Shown here piece after piece: positions 21,781 to 32,424 of a stretch of 64,000 bases of DNA. The notes under the pieces are model-generated. The model was not told the DNA's origin. It searched no databases and saw only the letters and a list, made by a program, of their open reading frames with translations. Origin of the DNA: Bradymonadia bacterium. GTDB taxonomy: Bacteria; Myxococcota_A; Bradymonadia; UBA7976; UBA1532. Location of the stretch: assembly GCA_046290225.1 (NCBI GenBank), contig JBKAGE010000035.1:224001-288000 (forward strand), in the 5' to 3' direction. Each line of letters starts with the position of its first letter. The stretch's first letter is position 1. The translations under genes and the position numbers were made by a program.

Positions 21781-22770
21781 ATGAAGAGCAGGTATGCGCT
21801 GTGGGTGTTGTTGGCGGCCTTCACGTGGGGTTGCGGAGGGGATGACGACGGCGACACAGGTACAGGCAACCCCGCTGGCGAGTCGGGCATGGGCGGCTCA
21901 ACCATGGGCGGCGCTCCGGAGACCGCCACTGCAGAGGCCGCTCGGGGCTTGACTGTTCAAGAGCAGTCTCAAGCGGCTCATGGCGACGGCATTCAGCTGG
22001 GGGTCGAGGCCGCCATCGCCGCCAGCGTGCTCGGGGCCAATGGAGAGCAACTCGTGACGACGGGCACGCTCAGACAGGAAGGCGACCAGCTCGTCTATGA
22101 CGCGAGCCCGAACGACCGCCTTTTGGTCGTGCTCGGCGACAACACCTTCACGTATCAAATCAGAGTGCTCGACGGTGACTTTGCCGCCGATACGATCGAG
22201 GACTTCCTCAGCAGAGCCCACACCGTCGATCTGTCGATGAGCGCCAACAACGGCACTGTAGACGCCACCCTGCTGTCTCAAAACCAGGGTGTGGATGAGC
22301 TGCGGGTGATCCAGGGGCAGTTTCGCGGCCTCGATGGCGTGCAGTACACCGCAGATCTACGCTACGAAGGTCGCCGCAGTGTCGATGTGGCCACCAACAG
22401 CGCCGCCTATGAGGCCGATCGCGTGCTCACGGGCACCATCACCGCCGAGGGCTTCAGCCTCGAGGCCCGCGTAGAAGAAAACTACGAGGCGGTGCTCTTC
22501 GACAACTATGTCGAGAACCGCGCCCGCACGTACATCAGCCGCTGGACCGCCGACGGCTCGACCTACACCACCGACGGTGTGCTGCTCCGCACGGCCCACA
22601 GCAATGGCAACCCCACCGACTACGATTTCTGGCGCGGCGAAGGCCGGGTGCTCCGTGACGGCAACGTCGTCGCCGAGCTCGGCCTCCGGCAGGAGGCGGG
22701 TCGGTGGGTGATCTTCGCCACCAGCGCCGAGGGCGAAGAGATCGTCGAGACCTACCCCCTCTCTCAGTGA
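21781..22770 (+). CDS. Putative lipoprotein
   Basis: GGAGGAG RBS, lipobox-like TWGC, Gly/Asp linker, beta-rich body. Confidence 0.7.
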   Translation: MKSRYALWVLLAAFTWGCGGDDDGDTGTGNPAGESGMGGSTMGGAPETATAEAARGLTVQEQSQAAHGDGIQLGVEAAIAASVLGANGEQLVTTGTLRQEGDQLVYDASPNDRLLVVLGDNTFTYQIRVLDGDFAADTIEDFLSRAHTVDLSMSANNGTVDATLLSQNQGVDELRVIQGQFRGLDGVQYTADLRYEGRRSVDVATNSAAYEADRVLTGTITAEGFSLEARVEENYEAVLFDNYVENRARTYISRWTADGSTYTTDGVLLRTAHSNGNPTDYDFWRGEGRVLRDGNVVAELGLRQEAGRWVIFATSAEGEEIVETYPLSQ

Positions 22771-22875
22771 GAGGTCCTCACGATCTGGCTGAGAAAATGA
22801 TGCCCGCCGTTGCATGAATCCCGTATATCGCTCGTTCACTGGCCACATGTTGTCTCACGACCCCTTGGAGGACCA

Positions 22876-23745
22876 ATGTCTGCACGTTGGGTGCTCGCCC
22901 TGGCGCTGGCTCTACTGACCACCACCGCCCACGCCAACAACTACAACAGCTTCGATGCCGACTTCGGCGCCGACGCCAAAACCGCGACACCCTATCGGGC
23001 CTCGTACCTCGCCGCGGGCTTGTCCAACGCGATCTACGAGCAGAAGAAAAAGCGCCAGAAAGCATGGCGCACGCTTGGGGTCACCGAGAAGGCCTTCATC
23101 AAGGTCAAAAAGACCGGGGCCGAGGCCGCCATCGTCACCACCGACAACTACATCTTCCTGGTGGCCCGGGGCAGCAAGGGCATCCTCGACTTCACGCAAG
23201 ATGCCCGCATCACCAAGTCGAAGTGGAGCAAGGACAAGATCAAGGTGCACGACGGTTTCAAGGACCAGGCCGGCAGCATCTACACCTGGGCCAGGGACAA
23301 CCTGAACCGCCACAAGGGCAACCGCAAGGTCTGGATCGTGGGCCACAGCCTCGGCGCCGCCGTAGCCCACTTGGTGGCCTACCGCCTGAAGCGAGACGAC
23401 AAGGTGGGCATCGACGGGGTGATGACCTTCGGCACCCCCCGCAGCGGTGGCGATCCCTGGAAGAATAAGTACAACGCCTTGCTGGGCAACATGAGCTGGT
23501 GGTGGTCGAACAACCACGATCCCGTGACCCACATGCCCAGCGGCAAGGCCTGGCGCACTCAGGGCACCCGCTACGTGATCCGCGACGGTCACAAGATCAA
23601 GTTCGACAAGGGGAAGCTGCCCAAGGGGAACATCGCCGAGTTTGGTAAGGACCACCGGGCCCCGCGCTACATCACCACGCTGTGGAAGGGGATGCCCAAG
23701 CGCCTGCGGGGCAGCATGCCCAAGCCCAAGAAGCTCGACTTCTGA
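22876..23745 (+). CDS. Secreted class 3 lipase
   Basis: GGAGG RBS, signal peptide, ARGS, KVHDGF, GHSLG nucleophile elbow, TFGTPR, DPV. Confidence 0.9.
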   Translation: MSARWVLALALALLTTTAHANNYNSFDADFGADAKTATPYRASYLAAGLSNAIYEQKKKRQKAWRTLGVTEKAFIKVKKTGAEAAIVTTDNYIFLVARGSKGILDFTQDARITKSKWSKDKIKVHDGFKDQAGSIYTWARDNLNRHKGNRKVWIVGHSLGAAVAHLVAYRLKRDDKVGIDGVMTFGTPRSGGDPWKNKYNALLGNMSWWWSNNHDPVTHMPSGKAWRTQGTRYVIRDGHKIKFDKGKLPKGNIAEFGKDHRAPRYITTLWKGMPKRLRGSMPKPKKLDF

Positions 23746-23785
23746 GCGGACGACCGTGCCTTTGGTCCGTCAGTTACGGACGCCC
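23741..23785 (+). repeat. Further REP-like unit related to the 11546 array
   Basis: TCTGAGCGGACGACCGTGCCTT (22 nt) is identical to 11546-11567. Confidence 0.7.
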
Positions 23786-23791
23786 ACACAC

Positions 23792-25153
23792 TCATTTCTT
23801 TCGGGTCTTCAGCCCCTTCAACCGCTTCTTCACCACCGCATTGCCCGGGCGCGCCTTCAACGACGCTTTGTAGTGGACCACCGCCTCCGCGGCCTTGCCT
23901 TCTTCTTCAGCCACTCGGCCCAGGTTGAACCTCAGCGCACCGATCCGCTCACCCCCTTTGGCCAATGTGAGGGCCTTCTCCAGGACAGCGCGGGCCTCTG
24001 TGTAGCGCTTCACCTTGAAGAGTGCCCACCCCTGCTCTCCGAGCAGCCCCGGATCATCGGGGGTGAGCGTCACGGCGAGGGTGAAGAGATCGACGGCGTC
24101 GTAGTATTCGCCAGCCTTCATCATCACCCGAGCGCCTCGTTTGAGCACGGTGAGATCGGCACGTGGCACGTCTCGCCCTCGGGCTTCAGGCCCGGTGATC
24201 CAGGACACGCCGAGCAGAGATCCGGCGGGGACCCTGGCCACGTGCTTGATGGCGCCATCGGGCCCTCTGGTCTCGATGCCTGATTGGGTCACGCGTACCG
24301 CACCACACCCACCATCGATCCAGCCATCGGAGTCAGGCACGAGGCCCTTCAAGAACTCGGGGCGCTCGGGCAGATCCACCGAGACGGTGAAACGATTGTG
24401 GTTTTCGGCCCACGTACAACAGAAGAGGTCCGACTCGAGGTGCAGACCAGTCTGCGTGGGCTGCAGCACGGCGCCCTTGAGATCGAGCCACTTGATGGGC
24501 AAGTCGTCGCTGACCTGCTCTTTCTCGTACTGGTCGTGGGCATAAGCCCGGGCAGCCTTCACGTTGGCGTCGCCCAGCAGGCTGCCCACGTGCACTTCTT
24601 TCAGCTCTGGCCCCGCGGCGAAGACCCAGTCGGTCGTGTCGTCGAAGCCATGGGCGCCCCCGCCATAGCCCCCTGAGCTGGTGTGGCCAGAGAGGTAGGT
24701 GCCGAAGACGCCTCTGACCGAGATGCGGTGGTCTTCGTCGAGATCGAGGGCCTGATCGGGCTCGTTCGGATCGACCTCGAAGCCCAGAGGCTTGCCCATC
24801 ACTGTCTCGAACAGCGGCTCGCCCTCGAGGCGGTGTTGCAGCTCGGACCATGCCTCGTCCACGGTGATCGACATCTTGGCGGAGACGTTGAGCGGGGTGC
24901 TTGTTTTACGGGTCAGCCGCACCACTCGATATTCGTGGAGCTTGCCGTCGATGGCCACAGCCACGGCGCCGTCGTAGAGCGAGCGCACCAGGGTGCCTTT
25001 GCCCACATCGATCACGTGGGGCTGTGGCACGAGGCCCGCCTCAGGATCTCTGGCTTCGAGGTTGACCACCACCGAGCATTGCTCTGGAGCAGCTTCAACG
25101 GCAGAGGTGAGCAGGATTGCGGGGAGAGCGGCGAGGGAGAGCGTGCGTTTCAT
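23792..25153 (-). CDS. Secreted protein with C-terminal TPR repeats
   Basis: Signal peptide; YGGGAHG motif; TPR consensus (GWALF..EARAVLEKAL, FNLGRV..EAVVHYKASLKARP). Confidence 0.75.
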   Translation of the reverse strand: MKRTLSLAALPAILLTSAVEAAPEQCSVVVNLEARDPEAGLVPQPHVIDVGKGTLVRSLYDGAVAVAIDGKLHEYRVVRLTRKTSTPLNVSAKMSITVDEAWSELQHRLEGEPLFETVMGKPLGFEVDPNEPDQALDLDEDHRISVRGVFGTYLSGHTSSGGYGGGAHGFDDTTDWVFAAGPELKEVHVGSLLGDANVKAARAYAHDQYEKEQVSDDLPIKWLDLKGAVLQPTQTGLHLESDLFCCTWAENHNRFTVSVDLPERPEFLKGLVPDSDGWIDGGCGAVRVTQSGIETRGPDGAIKHVARVPAGSLLGVSWITGPEARGRDVPRADLTVLKRGARVMMKAGEYYDAVDLFTLAVTLTPDDPGLLGEQGWALFKVKRYTEARAVLEKALTLAKGGERIGALRFNLGRVAEEEGKAAEAVVHYKASLKARPGNAVVKKRLKGLKTRKK

Positions 25154-25178
25154 GCGCCCGGCTCCAGGGCAGGGCGCC

Positions 25179-26318
25179 TCAGTTGAGGCGCTGGTAGGTG
25201 TAGTCGGCCTTGCCTTCGATCGTCACCGGCTCGGCGCCTTCTTTCCCGGGCACCGTAATCGAGTAATCGCTGGTGTGCTTGTAACTGAAGGGCTTGGCGA
25301 AGCGCTCGGCCACGGTCCTCTCGATCCAACTGAGGTTCTTCAGCTCGTCTTTCACCTCTTTGAGCTCGCCGGCTTTCACCGAAGCGGTGAGGCCTTCGCC
25401 CTTGGCAGGCTTGAGGGCCAGCGTCTGGGGCACGCTGTAGCCGCTCTTCTTGTGCTTCTCCCACTCGGCAGCCTCGAGGGCCAGCATGGGGGCGTAGGCC
25501 TCGATGGTGTCGTTGTTGGCCTTGAGAGCGAAGCCCGAGCTGTTGCCGCCGAGATCTTCCGTGAGGGTCACGCCCCAGATGTGCACCGTCTGATCGGCGG
25601 AGATGTCTTGCAGCGTGAAGAACCGGCGCCCCAGATGGTGGGGGGCCACGTTGGTCCGGCGGATCTCCATGTGGCCACCGCCGGTGAACTCGATCTTCTC
25701 GCCGTTCTTGAGGGTGACCGTGCCTTCGATCTTGCCGTGGGGGATCATCAGGATCGCCTGGTAGAAGCTCTCGCCACCCACGAGGGCGTTGGGCGGGATC
25801 GGCTGCAGGGGCTTGTGGGTGCTGGTGACCTTGAGTGACAGGGTACGGCCATCTTTCTCGGCCTCAGCCTCGAAGTGACCCACGCCCCCCGTGACCTTGG
25901 CCCCCTTGAGATCAGCCATCAGGCCGTCGTTGCCCCACTTCCACTTGCGATCGTCCCGGCGCAGCCAGAAGGAGTGGCGCGTCTCGTCAGGCATCGTCAC
26001 GTGGCAGGTGAACGCTGCCCGGCCGTCTGCAGAGGGGCCGAAGTTGGTCACCCGCAGGCGGGTGTAGATCGTGCCGCCGTTGTCGAGCTTGCCCCGGAGC
26101 ACGTACATCTCCGAGAAGTCGTCGTGATCACGGTTCTTCTCCTGAGCGAACCCCAGGATCAGATCCTGCTCGGTCACCTCCACCATCTTCACGTCGCCGG
26201 CACCACCGGCGGTGGGCTTCGGCGGCGCAGGCGAGCAGCCGCAGCCCCAAGTGCTCAGGGCGAGGAGCGTGGTGAGGGTGGGGGCCACGAAGGCAGGCTT
26301 CTTGAAGACGTGGCGCAT
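25179..26318 (-). CDS. Lipoprotein, possible AttH/lipocalin-like beta fold
   Basis: Start MRHVFKK (ATG at 26318, AGGAG RBS), WGCGC lipobox, beta-rich with GTV..G..I.F.G.GH.E pattern. Confidence 0.6.
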   Translation of the reverse strand: MRHVFKKPAFVAPTLTTLLALSTWGCGCSPAPPKPTAGGAGDVKMVEVTEQDLILGFAQEKNRDHDDFSEMYVLRGKLDNGGTIYTRLRVTNFGPSADGRAAFTCHVTMPDETRHSFWLRRDDRKWKWGNDGLMADLKGAKVTGGVGHFEAEAEKDGRTLSLKVTSTHKPLQPIPPNALVGGESFYQAILMIPHGKIEGTVTLKNGEKIEFTGGGHMEIRRTNVAPHHLGRRFFTLQDISADQTVHIWGVTLTEDLGGNSSGFALKANNDTIEAYAPMLALEAAEWEKHKKSGYSVPQTLALKPAKGEGLTASVKAGELKEVKDELKNLSWIERTVAERFAKPFSYKHTSDYSITVPGKEGAEPVTIEGKADYTYQRLN

Positions 26319-26326
26319 ACGGTCTC

Positions 26327-27313
26327 CTACAGGAACGACGCCGCCAGGGCGCTGAAGAGCTGATGATCGGCGTGGCGCCGAACGTAGTCGGGGTTGATCT
26401 GAGGCACGATCTTCTTGGTGCGCACCGAAGCATACCAGTGCACCACCCGGGTGCGCTCGGTCATGACCTCGTCGGGGGCCGGGGCTCGACCGATGACAGG
26501 CCACGAAGCCTTGGGCAGAACCGTGCGGAACCAGTGCTCCGAGATCTCCGGCCCCAGAGGGTAGAAGACCTCGGGGGGATGCACCACCATGTCAGCGCCG
26601 CTGTAGGCTTTGAGCTGCTGTTGCAGCAGGTGTGTGCCCAGGGCGAAGCGCACGGTCTGCCGGGCCTCGGGCAGATCGATCATGGCCTGCAACAGCCCGC
26701 TCACGAAGGGGTGCTCGGGGGTCGACGCCAGCACCGCGTTGTTCGCCGCCACGGGGTAGGCCTCTTCGATGCGGCGAAAGGCCCGCCAGCCCTCGGGGGC
26801 CCGACGCATGAGATCCCGCATGGTGGTCTGGGCATAGGCTCGGGCCTGCACCAGAGGGTTCTTCGAGCGCTTCACGTGCTCGGGGAACACCACCCGCTCG
26901 ACGCCGCAAAACGCTGTGGATTGACGCCGCAGAGGGGTCAGATCGGCCACGGTGATGGTGTCGGTATCGAGGTAGACCCCACCCTCGCTGTAGAGCAGCG
27001 CGGCGCGGACCATGTTGGCCCGGGCTGCAGGCTGGGTGAGCTTCTCGAAGAGTTTGACCAGGGCCGGACCGTGGGGCCCCGCGGCGCCGAGGATCGCCTC
27101 AGGATCGAGGGGCCGCAGCGTCAGCTCACCGCGCGCCTGGGCTGCGGCGAGGGTGGGCCACGCCGGCGCCGGGGTCAGATCGTCTGCGTGGTGCAAGATG
27201 ACCTCGTCGAACCCTCCGCGGCGGGCCGCGGAGATCATCGAGAGGGCGTGCACCCAGTGCAGGCCGGTGCCGAACCAGATGAAATGCGCCTTCGCAGGGA
27301 TCTCGGTGCTCAC
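26327..27313 (-). CDS. GT32-type (Och1/Sur1/A4GALT-like) DXD glycosyltransferase
   Basis: GTG at 27313 overlaps the upstream stop; IPAKAHFIWFG, ANMVRAALLYSEGGVYLDTD, NNAVLASTPEHPF, FYP. Confidence 0.85.
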   Translation of the reverse strand: MSTEIPAKAHFIWFGTGLHWVHALSMISAARRGGFDEVILHHADDLTPAPAWPTLAAAQARGELTLRPLDPEAILGAAGPHGPALVKLFEKLTQPAARANMVRAALLYSEGGVYLDTDTITVADLTPLRRQSTAFCGVERVVFPEHVKRSKNPLVQARAYAQTTMRDLMRRAPEGWRAFRRIEEAYPVAANNAVLASTPEHPFVSGLLQAMIDLPEARQTVRFALGTHLLQQQLKAYSGADMVVHPPEVFYPLGPEISEHWFRTVLPKASWPVIGRAPAPDEVMTERTRVVHWYASVRTKKIVPQINPDYVRRHADHQLFSALAASFL

Positions 27314-29754
27314 GCTGAGGTGCCCCCGCCAGACTTCAAGCGGCGATGCCGACCGATGGTGACGAAGGCCGCCGTGAGGCTGGTGGTGGTGACGTAGATC
27401 GCCGCGATGCCCACCACGGCCACCGAGCCGATGGACTGCAGACCCTCGCTGTTCACCATCAGCAAGCTGGCGAAGCCCACCGCCGTGGTGAGCGCCGCCA
27501 CCCCAGAGGCCACGCCGGTGGTGGCCAGGGCGGGCTTCACGGACCCTTCTTCTTCTTCCACGCGATAGAGCAGGTGGATGGCGGTGTCGACGCCGATGCC
27601 GAAGATGGTGGGCAACACCACGATGTTGAACAGGTTCAGGGGCACCTGCAGCCAGGCCAGGGCGCCGAGGAAGATCACGAAGCCAGTGATGAGCGGGATG
27701 TACGCCAGGGCGATGCGCCGGGGGCGACGCAGGTCGAGGGTGAGCAGCAGCAACACCACCAGGGCGGCGAGGCCCACGGCCACAGGACCTTCTTCTTTCA
27801 CCGTGGTGTACGCCGCCCCGGTGATCATCCACGGCGCCGTGGCGTAGTAGGTCTTGCCCTCGACATCGACCTCGCCGATGGCGTCCTGGATCTTGAGCAC
27901 GTGGGGCGCGTTCGACTTCGGCCCGTTGGGGTAGAGCAGCACATAGCGACCCAGGGTACCGTCGACGTCGGTGAACTTGGTCTTCACCCAGTCGGGCAGA
28001 CCGTCGACCCCGAAGCCACCCTCGGTGGGCTCGAGGTAGGGCATCAGCTTGTCGGCCTCGACTTTGTCCTCACCCTCAAGAATCCCGTATTTGCGCTTGA
28101 GCTTCTTGCGGGTCTTGTTGATGAGCCGCAGCTTCTCCTTCTGCCCCTCGGGGATGAAGGTGTAGATCGACACCACGTCGTCGAGCAGCGGCTCCGACTC
28201 GATGCGATCGGTGAACTGCGTGTGCACCGAGGCCGTGTGATCGAGGTTGTCGGTGATCACAAGGGCGGGGCTGGCGTTCCGGGTCTCGGCCTCTTTGCGG
28301 TACTTCTGCTTCAGGGCCGAGGACTTCTTCGTCGAGGGGGGCCGCATCTTGCGCATGTCGCCCTCGAACTCGATCTTCTGAATGCGGGTGGCCCCGATGG
28401 CCATGATCACCAGCAAGACGCCGATGCTCGCCTGGGACAACCGCACGCCCTTCTCTGTGGGCTGGCCGGCCTCGGCGTGATCACCGGCGCCGTCGGCCAC
28501 CACCCGGACCCCACCGATGACCGCGGCGAGGGGGGGCAGCACGAGGTACACCGCCAGCAGGCACAGGGCCACACCAGCGGCGGCGATGAAGCCGAACTGC
28601 GAGAAGCCCCGGAAGTCGAAGAACATCAGGGCCCCGAAGGTGGCCATGGTGGTCAACATGGCCGCCACCATGGGCCGCCCGAGGCCCGTGAGGGCAGAGG
28701 CCAGCGCGTCTTCGAGGTTTTTGCCTTTTCGGGCCTCTTCGTTGACCCGGCTCATGGCGTGCACCGCGAAGTCGATGCCCAGGCCCACCAGGATGGCGAA
28801 GATGAAGGCGGTGATCAGGTTGAGGTAGCCCACCGTCAGGCGGGCGAAGGCCATGGTCCAGGCGAGGCCCACCAGCAGAGGCACCACGATCAAGAAGATG
28901 GCCCGGATGCGCCGGAACGAGAACGCCAGGATCAGCGCCACGATGCCCAGGGCCACGGAGCTCGACGAGGCGAGATCTTTTCTGATCTGATCGACGGCGG
29001 CGGACAGCTGCGTGTAGTCGCCCTCGATGGTGGTCTTCAGGCCCGGGTAGGTCTTCTCGACCTCGGCGATGGCGGTGTTCACCTTCTCCATCAGCGCCCG
29101 GGTCTTCGTCTCGTCCGAAGGCTTGAAGTTGGGGTAGGCCTTCACCGAGAGCACCTGGCCATCGGGGCTCTCGAAGTACTCCCGCAGATCTTCGCCGCGG
29201 TTCTCTTTCTTGAGCTCGTCGATGTCCGGGAGAGACTCCTCTTCGTTGCGCTCGTTCTCTGCCGACGGGGGCGGCGGGGGGTCGTCTTCGTCGAGGCCCA
29301 GGCTGAGCTTCTTCTTCACCGCCTTTTTGATGGCCCCCGTCACCCCGTCGTACATCTTCTGCACGTCTTCGATGGGCAGGTAGAGCAGGGCGTTCTTCTC
29401 GAAGAAGTCCACGTCCCGGCGGTACTCCACCTCGGTGATCAGATCAGTGTGGGCCGCGAGCTTCTCCGCGAGCACCGCAGCGGCGGCGCGGTTCGTCTCC
29501 TGATTGTCGGACCCGATGAGGATCTGCAAATCAGAGGGCGTGCGGAGGATCTCCCGGGCTTTACGGGCCCGGACCACCTGGGGGGTGTCCTCGGGGAAGA
29601 GGTCTTCCATGTCCGAGCGGATCTGGATCTGCGTGCCCCACCAGCCGGCGAGGCCGGTGAAGGCGAAGAGCACCACCAGGGCCACCCACTTGTGGGCCAC
29701 GAGGCCCCGAATCACCCGCTCGATGGTGTGCTGAATCTGCTCTGTGAAGCTCAT
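27310..29754 (-). CDS. MMPL/RND-family lipid transporter
   Basis: Duplicated transmembrane clusters, GLGIDFAVH and GIGVDTAIH motifs, two large periplasmic loops. Confidence 0.92.
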   Translation of the reverse strand: MSFTEQIQHTIERVIRGLVAHKWVALVVLFAFTGLAGWWGTQIQIRSDMEDLFPEDTPQVVRARKAREILRTPSDLQILIGSDNQETNRAAAAVLAEKLAAHTDLITEVEYRRDVDFFEKNALLYLPIEDVQKMYDGVTGAIKKAVKKKLSLGLDEDDPPPPPSAENERNEEESLPDIDELKKENRGEDLREYFESPDGQVLSVKAYPNFKPSDETKTRALMEKVNTAIAEVEKTYPGLKTTIEGDYTQLSAAVDQIRKDLASSSSVALGIVALILAFSFRRIRAIFLIVVPLLVGLAWTMAFARLTVGYLNLITAFIFAILVGLGIDFAVHAMSRVNEEARKGKNLEDALASALTGLGRPMVAAMLTTMATFGALMFFDFRGFSQFGFIAAAGVALCLLAVYLVLPPLAAVIGGVRVVADGAGDHAEAGQPTEKGVRLSQASIGVLLVIMAIGATRIQKIEFEGDMRKMRPPSTKKSSALKQKYRKEAETRNASPALVITDNLDHTASVHTQFTDRIESEPLLDDVVSIYTFIPEGQKEKLRLINKTRKKLKRKYGILEGEDKVEADKLMPYLEPTEGGFGVDGLPDWVKTKFTDVDGTLGRYVLLYPNGPKSNAPHVLKIQDAIGEVDVEGKTYYATAPWMITGAAYTTVKEEGPVAVGLAALVVLLLLTLDLRRPRRIALAYIPLITGFVIFLGALAWLQVPLNLFNIVVLPTIFGIGVDTAIHLLYRVEEEEGSVKPALATTGVASGVAALTTAVGFASLLMVNSEGLQSIGSVAVVGIAAIYVTTTSLTAAFVTIGRHRRLKSGGGTSA

Positions 29755-30920
29755 GAACGGCGCTCCGCGACGAGGGTGCTGTAGAACTCGAAAAGCTCGG
29801 CGAAATGGTCGGCCATGGTGCCGATGCGCTCGGCGGCCATGGTGGCGGCTCCGGCCTTGAGGGCCACGGGATCACGATCGAGCATGCGCAGCAAGGCCTT
29901 CGCGGCCTCTCCGGCATCCCCCGTGGGGTAGACCTCGGCATGATCAGGCCCCGCGAGATCAGCAGCCCCGCCGATGTCGGGGACCACGATGGGCAGACCC
30001 GAGCACAAGGCCTCGGCCACCACCAGCCCGTAGGTCTCTGCCGCTGATCCGTGGAACATGGCGTCGGCACTCGCCAACGCCTGGGCCAGCTCGTGACGAT
30101 CTTTGGTGAAGCCCGCCACGTAGATCCCAGGGACCTTCGCGGCGAGCCTTCTGATCTGTTTACGCATGGGGCCGTCACCATAAATCACCCACCCCATGGG
30201 TCGCACCTTGCTCGCCTGCTCGAAAGCCTTGATCAAGGTGCCCAGGCGCTTCTCGGGGTGAAACCGGCTGATGGTGACGACGAGCGAGGCATCTGAAGGC
30301 ACACCACACTCGGCGAGCAATCGCGCTCTCAGCTCGGCGCTGGCGTGATCGGGAGAGAAGCGCTGCTTGTCGATGCCGAAGGGCACCGCCTGAGGCCGGT
30401 TGATGCCGAACCGCCCGAGCTTTCGGGCGAGCCAGTGACCGCTCACCACCGTGGAGTCGAAGCGCGTGCTCAACGTGCGCAGGTAGCCCCAGTACCAACC
30501 GAAGAGTCGATCGACGCGATCTGTGCCCACCCGGTTGCCGAGGAAGGTCTGTGGATACACCGCCACCGGATCCTGGTGAAAGATGAAGGTCTTCACCGCA
30601 GGGCCCTTCCACCGGGCGGCGAACCAGCCGCCGGTCCAGGGCGACGACCCCTCGACGACGTCGGGACGCTCGGCGTCGAGCACGCGATGTACGGCGCGCT
30701 CGTTCCACAACACGGTGTAGCGTGGGTCGAAGGGCATGGGTGGGCCCTTCACCCAGATCACTCTGCCGCCGTTGCGCTCTTCTTCACCGGGCTCGGTCCC
30801 TGGCGCCACCACCACGATCTCATGGCCCGCTTCGGCGCCGGCCTTGAGCTTCTGGTTGATGTAGGTCTTCACCCCGCCGCCTTCGTCGGCGTAGAACTCG
30901 GCGACGTCTACGATCTTCAC
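29751..30920 (-). CDS. GT4-family glycosyltransferase
   Basis: GGVKTY, RFHPEK, GDGP, ETYGLVVAEALCSGLP. Confidence 0.9.
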   Translation of the reverse strand: MKIVDVAEFYADEGGGVKTYINQKLKAGAEAGHEIVVVAPGTEPGEEERNGGRVIWVKGPPMPFDPRYTVLWNERAVHRVLDAERPDVVEGSSPWTGGWFAARWKGPAVKTFIFHQDPVAVYPQTFLGNRVGTDRVDRLFGWYWGYLRTLSTRFDSTVVSGHWLARKLGRFGINRPQAVPFGIDKQRFSPDHASAELRARLLAECGVPSDASLVVTISRFHPEKRLGTLIKAFEQASKVRPMGWVIYGDGPMRKQIRRLAAKVPGIYVAGFTKDRHELAQALASADAMFHGSAAETYGLVVAEALCSGLPIVVPDIGGAADLAGPDHAEVYPTGDAGEAAKALLRMLDRDPVALKAGAATMAAERIGTMADHFAELFEFYSTLVAERRS

Positions 30921-31165
30921 AAAGTGCCTCTCACAGTGTGTCCTTCAAGGCGGCTCGGGTGCCGGGCATCCGAGCGGGCCGTAGACGACCCATGCGCACA
31001 GATCTTCTCTAGTCTTCAACGTCGCATTGGTGCCCGACCGCGGCAGGGGCTGCAAGGGGGTTGCCGGGAAGTTGTCGGCTGTGGTGCGTCATTCGACCCG
31101 TGATTTGAATCGATCGCCCAGGCTCTACGTGTAAGGGCCCACCCCCTCTCACTCGAGGTGACACA

Positions 31166-32347
31166 TTGGGCCGACTCTCAACATTGTTTCTGCCTCTGAC
31201 GGCTTTGATGCTGCTCGCCGCCCAGGCCCACGGTCGCGACTGCAGCCCGCTGCTCGAACAAAACCTGCGCTATGCCCAGGATCCAGTGTTCAACCTGTAC
31301 GACCTCCAGCGTCTGGAGCGGTACACCGACACCATCACCGAGCATGCCGACCGTGTCTTCATCGAACCTGATCAAGCCGTGCGGGTCACCACCTCACTGA
31401 CGCTGGGCACGCATCTCATGCTGGGTTTTCGGAAGTGCACTCAGGGTGCGGAGATCGACGGTGACGTGGGCGCGGCGCAGAGCGGCGCCGGCGGGCTGAT
31501 CGCCGTGGACTATGCCCCCCTCGATCTGGGCCTGACGATCTTCACCACGGGACGCCTCGTAGGCGGACGCTTCGACGATCTCGTGACAGAAATCGAGCCC
31601 AAACAGGGGGCCTACCCCTACTTTCTCGCTCAGGGACTCCTCGGCGGCCGGGTGCAAATCACCCGCTGGCTCGAGGTGGGTTACGCCGAGACGGGCGCCT
31701 CCTCGACACAAGGTGATCCGGATCACCCTCTGCGGGACGAGGTGGCCCTCATCGAGACCCCCACAGACCGCTACTACAGCCTCGGTGTGCCTGCCCTGGG
31801 GCTGCGGCTGTGGTTCACCGAAGATAACATCGTCGACGTGCGCGCCTTCGAGCTCACCGACCTGCAACTCACCGAGACCCTCGAGGCTGATCTGCAGGTG
31901 CGCCGACTGCTCGTGGAAGATCGCGTCGTGGTGACCCCGAAGCTGCTGTGGTGGCTCAATGACCGGGAGACGATGCGCTACGCCGCTGGCGTAGAGATGG
32001 CGGTGGAGAGTGATCCGCTGTCGATGCGCCACGTGAGCCTCGTCTTCGAGAACCTGATGGCGAGCTGGGAGGTGAAGTCACGTACGTCCTACTCCCGCAT
32101 TGGGGTGCGCATCGAACAGAGCGCCGCGCTGTCGGTTCACCGCGGGCAGACCATGCGCCAGGAGAGCGACGCCTCGATGGCCGTGGGGGCCCGCTACGAG
32201 AGCCGCGTGGGGCTGCAGTCGAGCTACGTGTACTTCTTCTTCAACTTCGGGATGAGCTTCAACGACCCGGAGATGCTCGATTTACTGCCCCACCTGATCA
32301 ACCACGGCATGCTCGACGTAGGCATGAACATCGCCAGTCGGCTGTGA
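31166..32347 (+). CDS. Exported hypothetical protein, possible beta-barrel
   Basis: GAGGT RBS, TTG start, signal peptide ending AHG, alternating hydrophobic strands. Confidence 0.6.
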   Translation: MGRLSTLFLPLTALMLLAAQAHGRDCSPLLEQNLRYAQDPVFNLYDLQRLERYTDTITEHADRVFIEPDQAVRVTTSLTLGTHLMLGFRKCTQGAEIDGDVGAAQSGAGGLIAVDYAPLDLGLTIFTTGRLVGGRFDDLVTEIEPKQGAYPYFLAQGLLGGRVQITRWLEVGYAETGASSTQGDPDHPLRDEVALIETPTDRYYSLGVPALGLRLWFTEDNIVDVRAFELTDLQLTETLEADLQVRRLLVEDRVVVTPKLLWWLNDRETMRYAAGVEMAVESDPLSMRHVSLVFENLMASWEVKSRTSYSRIGVRIEQSAALSVHRGQTMRQESDASMAVGARYESRVGLQSSYVYFFFNFGMSFNDPEMLDLLPHLINHGMLDVGMNIASRL

Positions 32348-32375
32348 TTCCACTGCACCGCAGCAGCGGAATACA

Positions 32376-32424
32376 TGGAGTATGGCTACTCCACCTGACA
32401 CAAATGTGGAGTACGCGTACTCCA
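32376..32424. promoter_or_regulatory. Two tandem palindromic operator-like sites TGGAGTA-N4-TACTCCA
   Basis: Copies at 32376-32393 and 32407-32424 in the intergenic region upstream of the GT-SDR-FAAL-PKS genes. Confidence 0.55.

Noticed and set aside
27346..29784. 812 aa plus-strand ORF, and similar long antisense ORFs at 39325-41835, 33477-35162, 5428-6654 and 555-1214
   Set aside because: These are shadow frames opposite well-supported genes, expected in high-GC DNA, with no recognisable motifs.
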